Part shown: in pieces, positions 50,415 through 62,789 of the stretch
How the letters are laid out: every line of letters begins with the position of its first letter
Numbering within the stretch: position 1 is the first letter of the stretch
Source of the DNA: Octopus sinensis
Lineage: Eukaryota
Assembly: GCF_006345805.1 (NCBI RefSeq)
Contig: NC_043026.1
Coordinates: forward strand, 3,906,001 to 3,970,000
Length of the DNA: 64,000 nucleotides
Reading direction: 5' to 3'
Translations under genes and position numbers: made by a program
Notes under the pieces: model-generated
What the model was told of the DNA's origin: nothing
The model's input: only the letters and a program-made list of their open reading frames with translations
Database searches by the model: none

Positions 50415-50987
50415 TTACTCTTTACTCTTTTACTTGTTTCAGTCATTTGACTGCGGCCATGCTGGAGCACCGCCTTTAATCAAGCAACTCGACCCCCGGG
50501 ACTTATTCTTTGTAAGCCCAGTACTTATTCTATTGGTCTCTTTTGCCGAACTGCCTTTCATCCTTTCGGGGTCGATAAATTAAGTACCAGTTACTCACTG
50601 GGGTAGATGTAATCGACTTTATCCTTTTGTCTGTCCTTGTTTGTCCCCTCTATGTTTAGCCCCTTGTGGGCAATAAAGAAATATCTTTTGCCGAACCGCT
50701 AAGTTACGGGGATGTAAACACACCAGCATCGGTTGTCAAGCAATGCTAGGGGGACAAACACAGACACACAAACATACCCGCACACATATATATATATACT
50801 TATATATGACGGGCTTCTTTCAGTTTCCGTCTACCAAATCCACTCACAAGGCTTTGGTTGTCCGAGGGCTTATATAGTAGAAGACACTTGCCAAGGTGCC
50901 AAAGCGGGGGGACTGAACCTGGAACCATGGTGGTTGGTAAACAAGCTACTTACCACACAGCCACTCATATTTATATATATATATATA

Positions 50988-51027
<40 letters not shown>

Positions 51028-52020
51028 GCTATAGTAGAAGAAACTTGCCCAAGAGCCACGCAGTGGGACTGAACCTGGAACCATGTGGTTGGTAAACAAG
51101 CTACTTACCACACAACCACTCCTGTCCTTTTTTTGTTTTTTTTTACTGCATCCTACGCTACTTTTAGTCAATAAACTGTGGTCATCGTTCTGAGTTCAAA
51201 TTCCACCGAGGTTGACTTTGCCATTCATCCTTTCGGGATCGATAAATTAAGTACCAGTTGCGCACTGGGGTCGATCTAATCGACTGGTCCCCTTCCCCCA
51301 AAAGTTTCAGACCGTGTGCCTAGAGTAGAAAAAAATAAACTGTGGCCATGCTGGGGCATCATCATGGAGAGTTTTGAGTCAAATGAATAGACTCTGGTAC
51401 TATCTAGTCCTTTTCTGTAGAAGCCTAGCATTTATTCTATCAGTTTCTTTTGCTGAACCACTAAGTCACAGGGACGTAAAAACCCACCAACACCAGTTGT
51501 CAAGTGATGGCAGGGGATAAACACAGACACACAGACACACTGACACACACACACACACACACATCCTGTTACTTGTTTGTCATTTGACTGTGGCCATGCT
51601 GGGGCATTGCCATTAATTTTTTTTAGTCAAATGAACTGACCCCGGTATTATGTTTTTGTTTTTTTCTGATGAAGCCTGGTACTTATTCTATCGGTCTCTT
51701 TTGCTGAACCGGTAAGTTACAGGGATGTAAACACACCAAGATTGGTTGTCAAGTGGTGGTGGCAGGTGACAAATACAAAGACATACACACACACATACAC
51801 ACACACATATATTGATATACATTGTTACTTGTCTCAATGATTTGATTGCAGCCATGCTGGAGCACTGCCATAAAGGGTTTCTAGTCACAGAAATCGACCC
51901 CAGGACTTACTCTTTGTAAGCCTAATACTTATTCTCTCAGTATCTTTTGCTGAAACGCTAAGTTACGGGGATATAAACACACCAACACCAGTTGTCAAGC
52001 AATGGTTGGGGGACAGACTC
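50415..52020 (-). mobile_element. Cluster of SINE family A copies and fragments with family B pieces (50553-50682, 51185-51290)
   Basis: Family A body resumes tcttttgccgaac after the family B piece; three diverged 3' fragments at 51345-52020. Confidence 0.75.
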
Positions 52021-52024
52021 AGAC

Positions 52025-52215
52025 GACCGCGTGTGTACCGTTGGCAATTTTTTTTCCTCCGTCTTCACTTCCTTGGATCTTTCCTTTTCCTATGTTTCTG
52101 ATGAAGAGCTCTGCTCGAAACGTTAAATCCTCCTTCTTTCTTTCCTTTCCTGAGCGTCCAATAACACTGTACTTGTTCCACGTCCTCGCGTTGTTGTGTT
52201 CTCTCTTTGTGTTTA
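52025..52215 (+). mobile_element. Penelope-like terminal fragment (second family) carrying a hammerhead
   Basis: Pyrimidine-rich ~190 bp segment around the hammerhead core; class inferred, not shown by an ORF. Confidence 0.5.
52094..52128 (+). ncRNA. Minimal type I hammerhead ribozyme motif with intact core
   Basis: GTTT-CTGATGA-A-GAGC-TCT-GCTC-GAAAC-GTT-AAAT: stem I GTTT/AAAT, stem II GAGC/GCTC, palindromic AACGTT stem III. Confidence 0.75.
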
Positions 52216-52221
52216 CATGTT

Positions 52222-53505
52222 TGGATCTTGCTCAGAACATGGACCTCCTGGATTCTGTCCAGGACGCGTGCAACCAAACGCAACCTCCATCAGACACCTA
52301 CCATACTCTGAGTGCCTTGTTTCCCTGGGCATGGATTCACTGAAGCTCCGGCGTCTGGCGACGGACTGGTAACACCACAAAGTTATCAACCACCTCACCA
52401 AAACAAACTGATGAATCTGTCCAGAGACGTGCAACCAAATGCATACCCTCCATCAGACACCTACCATACTCTGAGTGCCTTGTTTCCCTGGCATGGATTC
52501 ACTGAAGCTCCGGCGTCTGGCGACGGACTTGGTAAACACCCACAAAGTATCAACCACCTCACCAACAACAACACACTGATGATCTGTCCAGAGACGTGCA
52601 ACCAAACGCATACCCTCCATCAGACACCTACCATACTCTGAGTGCCTTGTTTCCCTGGGCATGGATTCACTGAAGCTCCGGCGTCTGGCGATGGACTTGG
52701 TAAACACCCACAAAATTATCAACCACCTCACCAACAACAACACTGATGAATCTGTCCAGAGACGTGCAACCAAACGCATACTCTCCATCAGACACCTACC
52801 ATACTCTGAGCACCTTGTTTCCCTGGGCATGGATTCACTGAAGCTCCGGCGTCTGGCGACGGACTTGATGAACACCCACAAAGTTATCAACCACCTCACC
52901 AACAACAACACTGATGAATCTGTCCAGAGACGTGCAACCAAATGCATACCCTCCATCAGACACCTACCATACTCTGAGTGCCTTGTTTCCCTGGGCATGG
53001 ATTCACTGAAGCTCCGGCGTCTGGCGATGGACTGGTAAACACCCACAAAGTTATCAACCCCTCACCAACAACAACACTGATGATCTGTCCAGAGACGTGC
53101 AACAAACGCATACTCTCCATCAGACCTACCATACTCTGAGCACTTGTTTCCCTGGCATGGATTCACTGAAGCTCCGGCGTCTGGCGACGGACTTGATGAA
53201 CACCCACAAAGTTATCAACCACCTCACCAACAACAACAACACTGAACACCTTTCTGATCTCCATGTGTCTAACACACGTGGACATGCCTACAAAGTCAGA
53301 AAACAGCACAGCTCCCATGACTTTCAGAAACATTTTTTCACGCTCAGAGTTGCTGAAGCATGGAATAAACTGCCTGCGTCAGTTGTTGACTGCCATGACA
53401 CTGCATCCTTTAAGGCCCTCATGCTTTCCGAAATCCGCCGAAACAACACCTGATTATACATCACTTTAGATGAGTTGTAGTGCACCTGAGCACTGTACAC
53501 AATGT
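52222..53505 (+). mobile_element. CR1 subfamily 1 3' end with a ~168 bp coding segment amplified six times
   Basis: ctgaagctccggcgtctggcg at ~52340, 52502, 52670, 52838, 53006, 53166; normal 3' end follows. Confidence 0.85.
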
Positions 53506-53514
53506 TTATTATTA

Positions 53515-53672
53515 GCAGGGGTGGCTGTGTGGTAAGTAGCTTGCTAACCAACCACATGGTTCCGGGTCAGTCCCACTGCGTGGCATCTTGGGCAAGTGTC
53601 TTCTGCTATAACCCCGGGCTGACCAATGCCTTGTGAGTGGATTTGGTAGACGGAAACTGAAAGAAGCCGTCG

Positions 53673-53703
<31 letters not shown>

Positions 53704-55925
53704 TTGTGTGTCTGTGTTTGTTCCCCTAGCATGCTTGACAACCGATGCTGGTGTGTTTACGTCCCCGTCACTTAGCGGTTCGGCAAAAAGAGACCGATAG
53801 AATAAGTAGTGGGCTTACAAAAAGAATGAGTCCCGGGGTCGAGTTGCTCGACTAAAAGGCGGTGCTCCAGCATGGCCACAGTCAAAATGACTGAAACAAG
53901 TAAAAGAAAGAAAAAAAGAAAAGAAAGAAATATGTAAATATATACACAACAGGCTTCTTTCAGCTTACATCTTCCAAATCCACTCACAAGGCTTTGATTG
54001 GCTTGGGAGTACATTAGAAGACACTTGCCTAAGGAACTGCACAGTAGAACTGAACTCAAAACCTTGTGATCGGGAAGCAAGCTTCTTACCACACAGTCAC
54101 AGGAGTGGCTGTGTGGTAAGTAGCTTGTTTACCAACCACATGGTTCCGGGTTCAGTCCCACTGCATGGCACCTTGGGCAAGTGTCTTCTACTATATTCTC
54201 GGGCCGACCAAAGCTTTGTAAGTGGATTTGGTAGACGGAAACTGAAAGAAGCCCGTCGTATATATGTGTATATATATATATATATATGCGTGGTGTGTGT
54301 TGTGTGTGTGTGGTTCCCCCTAGCATGCATTGCTTGAAAACCGATGCTGGTGTGTTTATGTCCCCGTTACTTAGCGGTTCGGCAAAAGAGACCAATACAA
54401 TAAGTACTGGGCTTACAAAAGAATAAGTCCCGGGGTCGAGTTGCTCGACTAAAGGCGGTGCTCCAGCATGGCCGCAGTCAAATGACTGAAACAAGTAAAA
54501 GAGTAAAGTGATTATATCTATTTTTGGAGGGTAGCCTTAATCCTTATCTAAGGTCCAGCTAACACCACCACCACCAATACTTGGGCCCTTAAATGCCTTT
54601 GGCTAGGGTCCTGTGAGGTTGCAAGTTCTTAGATGCTTAGACTAAGTCTCCACTCTGAAATTACATAATATGATATTCTAATGTACTGCAGTAACCCACG
54701 AACTGTGGTCATTTATTTGTTGTTGTTACCTGCCCCCTATCCTGTCTTTCTTTACCCTACCTGTCTCAAAGGGACCCTACGAGAGGTCACAGGTACCGCT
54801 ATCACTCACCACACCAGACATTAAATTTTAAAAAAAAATTTTTTTTTTTTTTTTTTACAAAATTACAATTCCTTGCCATTAGGAATTCATACCATAAGCT
54901 CTACTCAGCCACAATGTATCTGGGTCACTTTTTGTCAGCCACACGGACTTTATAGAACTAAAAAAATACTTACTCAATGGTTAATTAGCACATGCATTAA
55001 GAATAGATACAACGAACACTTTGGTTATAATGAGGACACAAGCTAAACGAACAAGCATTAAAGTTAAAACAATATTTAGGCCTATATTTATGACAAAAAT
55101 TATACTTGGTGATTGTAATTTGGGTAGTATATTTTATCAGATAGACTAGGTCTCTGGCCTGGAACTAGTTCTTCCGAAATAATTTTAGTAGCCCTGAGAA
55201 AGCGGATCATAGATACATACTGACCTTCTTCTTTGAATAAATCCATAAAAAAAATAAAAAAGAAAAAAATGAAGTCATTTAACTATTCTCCACTAGTTTC
55301 ATGATATATGACTAACTTCAAAGAGAAAGTAGACAAGGAAGAAGCCTCAATGGAGAGTAGGTCAACCAGCTAAAAATAGCAGCCAAAATCTCCTTGAAAT
55401 CACATCCTCCTGTCTTATGCATATGTATGAGCCAGTAAGAGAGATCTCTATATGGTAGCTAGATATACTAGAAATAGCAGTCAAATCTCCCTCACATCAC
55501 ACCCCTGTGGTATGTATGAATATATAGGCGCAGGAGTGGCTGTGTGGTAAGTAGCTTGCTAACCAACCACATGGTTCTGGGTTCAGTCCCACTGCGTGGC
55601 ATCTTGGGCAAGTGTCTTCTGCTATAGCCCCGGGCCGACCAATGCCTTGTGAGTGGATTTGGTAGACGGAAACTGAAAGAAGCCTGTCGTATATATGTAT
55701 ATATATATGTGTGTGTGCATGTTTGTGTGTCTGTGTTTGTCTCCCTAGCATTGCTTGACAACCGATGCTGGTGTGTTTACGTCCCTGTCACTTAGCGGTT
55801 CGGAAAAAGAGACCGATAGAATAAGTACTGGGCTTACAAAGAATAAGTCCCGGGGTCGATTTGTTCGACTAAAGGCGGTGCTCCAGCATGGTCGCAGTTC
55901 AAATGACTGAAACAAGTAAAAGAAA
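53515..55925. mobile_element. SINE family A copies (53515-53910 plus, 53945-54090 minus partial, 54100-54505 plus, 55527-55925 plus)
   Basis: Standard A/B-box heads and gagta/aaga tails. Confidence 0.8.
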
Positions 55926-56125
55926 AAAAAAAAAAGATATGTATGATTCAACAAAGGAGACCTCGACATAGTAGCTGAACCTATTAGAAATAGCAACCAA
56001 ATCTGCCTCAAATCACATCCTCCTGTCATGCATTTATACGATTCAACAAGAGAATCCTCTACATGGTGGCTAAACCTACTAGAAATAGCAGCCAGATCTC
56101 TTTCAAATCACACCTTACTATATCA

Positions 56126-56510
56126 TCTCTCTCTATATAAACGGCAGTTTGTCTGTGTGTGTTTCTGTGTGTCTGTCAGGTTGTACCCTCACCCTGACCA
56201 TGGCTTTCAACCGATTCTGATGAAACTTGACACACACATAGCCAATGTCATAATTCAAAACTAACGCATCGAAAATTTTGAAAAGTTCCCCAGTTCTGAA
56301 AAAATCGATAAATTCGACATGGGGTCGAGAATCAGAAACACAAACCACAGACTGTCTAGGGGACGCAACTCGACCTTTTTTAACTCTCAAAAAAAAAATT
56401 TACCATCATTTTTTTTTCCATTTTTTTGCTATTTTTTGGCTATAACTCTCTAAAAAGGCTTTATAGTTATTTCCCTTACAAACCTGAGCAACGCCGGGCG
56501 ATACTGCTAG
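56126..56510 (+). mobile_element. Non-autonomous Helitron sharing only its 3' ~120 bp with the 37030-37427 element
   Basis: A|TCTCTCTCTATATAAACGGC ... cctgagcaacgccggg hairpin ... CTAG|T; 5' start could alternatively be 56123. Confidence 0.78.
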
Positions 56511-57029
56511 TGTATGTATATAATGTATGATTCAACATTGGCATCAGGAAGGGCATCCAGCTGTAGAAAACATGCCAAATCAAATTGGAACCCGGTGCAT
56601 CTCTCCAGCTTACCAGTTTTCAGTCAAACCATCCAACCCATGCCAGCATGGAAAATGGACATTAAATGATGATGATGATGATATATGTATATGAGAGAGA
56701 GAGAGAGAGAGGATAGATACATACACACATACACAAAACCTTGAAATAAATATATTAGCGAGATAGGAATGTCAAGGCGGAAGTAAGCTTAAACTAGCAA
56801 CCAGAAAGCATGGAATTCAGAGTCAGAGAAGAGATTACAGATTTATAAGATAAGCACAGACATGACTATGAGGTTGAGAAGTTCGCTTCTCAACTATGTA
56901 GTTTGGGGTTCAATCCTACTGCATGGCACCAAGGGCAAATGTCTTCTACTATAGCCCCAGGCTGGGTAATACCTTGCATGTACATTCAATATCTAGGAAC
57001 TGCAGTAAGCCTGCCACAGTGGGTGTACT

Positions 57030-57241
57030 CTTACTCCTTTTACTCTTTTACTTGTTTCAGTCATTTGACTGCGGCCATGCTGGAGCACTGCCTTTAGTCG
57101 AGCAAATCGACCCCGGGACTTATTCTTTGTAAGCCCAGTACTTATTCTATCGGTCTCTTTTGCCGAACCGCTAAGCAACGGGGACGTAAACACACCAGCA
57201 TCGGTTGTCAAGCAATGCTAGGGGGACAAACACAGACACAA

Positions 57242-57272
<31 letters not shown>

Positions 57273-57445
57273 CATATATACGACAGGCTTCTTTCAGTTT
57301 CCGTCTACCAAATCCACTCACAAGGCATTGGTCGGCCCGGGGCTATAGCAGAAGACACTTGCCCAAGGTGCCACGCAGTGGGACTGAACCCGGAACCATG
57401 TGGTTGGTTAGCAAGCTACTTACCACACAGCCATTCCTGCGCCTG
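57030..57445 (-). mobile_element. SINE family A, full length (others at 59585-59970 and 62015-62400, minus)
   Basis: Standard structure. Confidence 0.85.
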
Positions 57446-57597
57446 TGTGGTGTATGTGTGTGTATCATCATTTAACAGCCATGTACCATTTTGAAATGGG
57501 CAGGATAGTTTAACAGGATTTGATAGGTCCAAGGACTACATCATGCTCCAATGTCTGCTTAGGAATGGTTTCTATGGCTAGATATATCTATCTGTGG

Positions 57598-58530
57598 CTT
57601 TATAGAGCTATGGTAAAACCTCACCTGGAATTTGCATCACCAGTCTAGAGACCCTATCTTGCCCAGGATATTAATCGTCTGGAAGCCGTTCAGCGATGTG
57701 CAACCAAAAGAATACCCCCCATCAGGCATTTGCCATATTCTGAACACCTTACTTCCCTGGGCATGGACACATTGAAACTCCGATGTCTGGCAGCTGACTT
57801 GGCAGACACCCATAAAATTATTAACCATCTTACAAACAATAACTCTGAGCACCTTTTCAAACTCCACCTGTCTAAGCCCGTGGACATGTTTACAAAGTCA
57901 GAAAACAGCACAGCTCCCATGACTCAGGAAACATTTTTTCATGCTGAGAGTTGCTGAAGCATGGAACAAACTGCTGGCATCAGTTGTTAGTTGTCGGAGC
58001 ACTGCATCCTTTAAAACTTCCATGCTTTCTGAGATTCGCCAACACTATACCTGATTTTCTCCCCTCCATACACACACAAGCATGTATCTGACTCATACAC
58101 TGTTCACTTTCCAGACATTTGTATATTACTGTATATGCAGACACCCATGAAATTATTAACCATCTTACAAACAATAACGCTGAGCACCTTTTCAAACTCC
58201 ACCCGTCTAACACCCGTGGACATATTTACAAAGTCAGACAACAGCACAGCTCCCATGACTTTCAGAAACATTTTTTCACGCTAAGAGTTGCTGAAGCATG
58301 GAACAAACTGCCGGCATCAGTTGTTAGTTGTCGGAGCACTGCATCCTTCAAAACTTCCATGCTTCCTGAGATTCACCAACACTATACCTGACTTTCTCCC
58401 CTCCATACACACGCAAGCATGTATCTGACTCATGCACTGTTCGCTTCCCAGACATACGCACTTTCTGACAAGTTGTGGTGCACCTGAGCACTGTATACAA
58501 TAATTTCATTATTATTATTATTATTATATA
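57598..58530 (+). mobile_element. Two tandem CR1 subfamily 2 3' fragments
   Basis: LYRAMVKPHLEFASPV...LEAVQRCATKRIP...HFFTLRVAEAWNKLP; longer 3'UTR; gtgcacctgagcac stem-loop and (TTA)n tail. Confidence 0.85.
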
Positions 58531-58844
58531 CCTTTCATGAGCACCAATCATTCTACAGTGTGCACTGAGTGGTTTTGTTCATAACAACAGCACTAGAGGG
58601 GTCACATGCAGTTTGCAAGACCAGGCACCCTTTCAAATAAGTGGGATTACAGTAGACAGGGAGGTGAATTTATGCTAAAATATGAAAAAAAGGGCTAGAA
58701 TAGACCGGGTTGCTTACCATAGAGGACCGACATAACTCTAATTCTAGGCACCTTGGTTCAAGTGCTTTTTACTATAGCTGTGAGCCAACAAAAGCCTTGT
58801 GTGAGGTTTTCATAGATGGAAACTGAAAGAAGCCCATCATATAC

Positions 58845-58901
<57 letters not shown>

Positions 58902-59971
58902 TGTGTGTGTGTGTATCTATGTATGTGTGTATCTGTATTTGTGTGTCTCCCCACCACTGCTTGACAACTGGTGCTGGTTTGTTTACGTCCTTGTAACTTT
59001 GCAGTTCAGTAAAGTGAGATCAATAGAATAAGAAATCTTCAAAGCAGTTGCCCCAGTATGACCGCCAACTAACAACTGAAACTACCCAAGAACACACACA
59101 CACACACACACAGAGTATTAAATCTGCATTTGGTGACTTGATCTCTATGTATGATTTAACAGAGAATAATGATTTAAAGGTGATTTGGCTGTTAGTTCTA
59201 GCACCAGGTTAAGTGATGATGTAGCGTCTCTCTCTCTCTCTCTCTCAGCGTGATTAGTAATGGTAAATATATGTGAGAAAAAAACAAACATCAAATGATC
59301 AAGCCTTTTCATAACGGTGATTAATTACCAAATTTAGGCTAATTAGAAATAGCTGGGCGTGAGTGTGTGAAAGATGGAGAATTAACTGGTGCAGACAGGG
59401 TCGTGTGATTAAGAAGTTCCCTTTGTAACCAAGTGTCCAGGTTCAATTTCACTGTGCAGTACTTTCAGCAAATGTCTTTCTCCTGTCTCATAGGTGCAAC
59501 ATGGTAGACAGTAACCTTACACACACACATACATGTATGTGTGTGTGTGTGTATATGTATATATATATATATATAGGCGCAGGAGTTTCAGTCATTTGAC
59601 TGCGGCCATGCTGGAGCACCGCCTTTTAGTCGAGCAAATCGACCCCGGGACTTATTCTTTGTAAGCCCAGTACTTATTCTATCGGTCTCTTTTGCCGAAC
59701 CGCTAATTGACGGGGATGTAAACACACCAGCATTGGTTGTCAAGCAATGCTAGTGGGACAAACACAGACACACAAACACACACACGCATATATATATATA
59801 CATATATACGACGGGCTTCTTTCAGTTTCCATCTACCAAATCCACTCACAAGGCTTTGGTCGGCCCGAGGCTATAGTAGAAGACACTTGCCCAAGATGCC
59901 ATGCAGTGGGACTGAACCCGGAACCATGTGGTTGGTAAACAAGCTACTTACCACACAGCCACTCCTGTGCC

Positions 59972-60003
<32 letters not shown>

Positions 60004-60301
60004 ATATATATATATGAAAACAATTCTATTTTCATATATAATTCTAATATTATCCTAGCTATTTTGTTGTAAATGCTATTTTATCATGTTAAATTGTTTT
60101 ATATATTTCAGAAAAATGTCACTATCAAAAGATGAGAAAACATTCATTGTCCTAAAAACGATACAAAAATCCTAAAAATTGGAACACTCCTAGCCACGTC
60201 ACTATTCAGGAAAACTTTTAAAAAAAACAATTAACTCTTTAATATTAACTCGCCTGAAACTGCCCCCTGATTCGTTGATACAAACCCCTTGTTTGTTTTA
60301 A

Positions 60302-60520
60302 CCCTTTAGTATTTAAACCGGCCATATCCGGCCAAAATATCTAATCTGTTTTATGTTCAAACTGAGCAGATCCAGGCTCTCACACCTACCCTACAATGTT
60401 ATTCTACATTAGGTAATTACACCATCAAGATCTTGAAGATATGAGATAATGCATGATTAATTCAAATCAATGGGAATCAATAGGCATTATGTTTGATTGA
60501 ATAATCTGAACACTAAAGGG
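60302..60520. mobile_element. piggyBac-type MITE family 2 (a partial copy is at ~44994-45175)
   Basis: TTAA|ccctttagtatt...aacactaaaggg|TTAA. Confidence 0.85.
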
Positions 60521-60737
60521 TTAAAGTGATTTAAAATAAGCCTTCCATCAAAATATTATCATTTATGTTCAAAACACCAGCTTCACGACAACAAAGGAAT
60601 TTTAATAAACACCTCATTAAATTTGAATTGTGCAATACAAGCAGCTCTGTAATAAGAACACCATCAGTACAACACATGTTTAAACACCAGAAGCTGCAGT
60701 TCTTTATTTAGGAAAAGTAGTTATAACTGCCCTTGAT

Positions 60738-61360
60738 AGCTTTATAGAGCTATGGTAAAACCTCACCTGGAATTTGCATCACCAGTCTGGAGCCCCTATC
60801 TTGCCCAGGATATTAATCGTCTGGAAGCCGTTCAGTGACGTGCAACCAAAAGAATACCTTCCATCAGGCATTTGCCATATTCTGAACACCTTACTTCCCT
60901 GGGCATGGACACGTTGAAACTCCGACGTCTGGCAGCTGACTTGGCAGACACCCATAAAATTATCAACCATCTTACAAACAATAACTCTGAGCACCTTTTC
61001 AAAACTCCACCTGTCTAACGCCCGGGACATTTACAAAGTCAGAAAACAGCACAGCTCCCATGACTTCAGGAAACATTTTTTCATGCTGAGAGTGCTGAGC
61101 ATGCATGGAACAACTGCCGGCATCAGTTGTTAGTTGTCGGAGCACTGCATCCTTCAAAACTTCCATGCTTCCTGAGATTCGCCAACACTACACCTGATTT
61201 TCTCCCCTCCATACACACACAAGCATGTATCTGACTCATACATTGTTCGCTTTCCAGACATTTCTACATTACTGCATGTACTTTATATGCACTTTCTGAC
61301 AAGTTGTGGTGCACCTGAGCACTGTATACAATTAATTTCATTATTATCATTATTATTATT
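60738..61360 (+). mobile_element. CR1 subfamily 2 3' fragment
   Basis: Colinear with 57598-58530 and starts at the same gctttatagagctatgg position. Confidence 0.85.
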
Positions 61361-62539
61361 TAAAGGGTAAAGACCCGCTTCAGTCATGAATAGCCAAGGG
61401 ATTGCACCTAGAAGGTTACCCTCTGAAGCAGAAGTCTGGGCAAGGTTGTTTATGGAAGACCAGTAGTCGCCCATGCATACCAGCCGCCTCTCTTCCTGCC
61501 ATTATACGTACATAAAGTAAAGGGTAAAGATCCCTTTCGGCTATGAATGACCATGGGATTGCACCTAGAAAGTTACGGTCTGAGGCTGAGGCACAAGTCC
61601 AGGCAAGGTTGTTTTTGGAAGACCTACATTTGCCCATGCATATCAGCCTCTCCTCTCCCTGCCATTATATGGAAGTTTCAAACCTGGGTTCTGATTCCTA
61701 AGGTATTTTTTGTTGTTGTTGTTATTATTATTCTTGGGGTTAGTAAATAATGTACATAATTCCTCATCTCTTAAATATAGAACTGAAATAAGATGAGGAC
61801 AAATATCCATCAAATGTAAATAATGTAAATAATGTGAACTTTGGATCTTGAGTCCCACAGAGGCAAGGACAAGTGACTGAGACCTTTGGCGATATGCATT
61901 GCTTGAGAAGACACACCATAGTTGCGCCCAATGCTGGTGACGCAAGGGAGGCACCTTATAAATACATGGATGTCATGAGATTTCTATGCGTGTGTGTGTG
62001 TGTGTGTGTATCCTTTACTTTTTACTTTTGTCAGTTATTTGATTGTGGCCATGCTGGGGCACCCTCTTGAAGAAATTTTAGTTGAATGAATCAACATCTG
62101 CGTATTTTTTTTTCTTTTTTATGCCTGGTACTTAGTCTATCAGTCTCTTTTCCCAAACCACTAAGTTAAGGGTATGTAAACACACCAACACCGGTTGTCA
62201 AACAGTGGTGGTGGTGGGGCAATCACAGACACAAAGACACATGCATATAGATGTGTGTGTGTGTGAGTGTGTGTAGATGAAGGGCTTCTTTCAGTTTCCA
62301 TCTCCCAAATCCACTCACAAGGCTTTGGCCATCACCAGGGTATAGAAGATACTTGCCCAAAGTGCCATACAGTGGGACTGAACCCAGAACCATGTGGTCT
62401 GCCAATGCTTATAAAATAGAGAGAGAAAGGGGGAGAGAACAATGAGAAAATTGAAAAAATAAAATCAGTGCTTTACAAAGAAAGTTCCTTGAGATATTTG
62501 TTTTGCATCCAGTCACTGACACTCCCTTGTTGCTTTCAG

Positions 62540-62601
62540 CTACCAGAAATGAAGTGAGCCAATATAGGCCTGTGCAAAACATTGATGTTATTATTTACTA
62601 A
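62540..62601 (+). CDS. Speculative short terminal exon (xTRNEVSQYRPVQNIDVIIY*)
   Basis: Branch-point-like cactgac (62514-62520), pyrimidine tract and tttcag acceptor, stop at 62599-62601, AATAAA at 62614. No homology recognised. Confidence 0.2.
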
Positions 62602-62789
62602 TTGCGACAATTGAATAAAATACAATTAAAGAGGGGGGGGTCACAGAGCTCCAGCATGGCTGTGGACCAGGTAATGGTTAAAACAAATTAGAGAACTGAA
62701 AGGCAGGAGCACATGTACTACAGGTGTGTTTGTGCGTTAATGAATCACACACAACTAAAGCTACCTCAGAGAAGGTATGAAAAGAAGGC

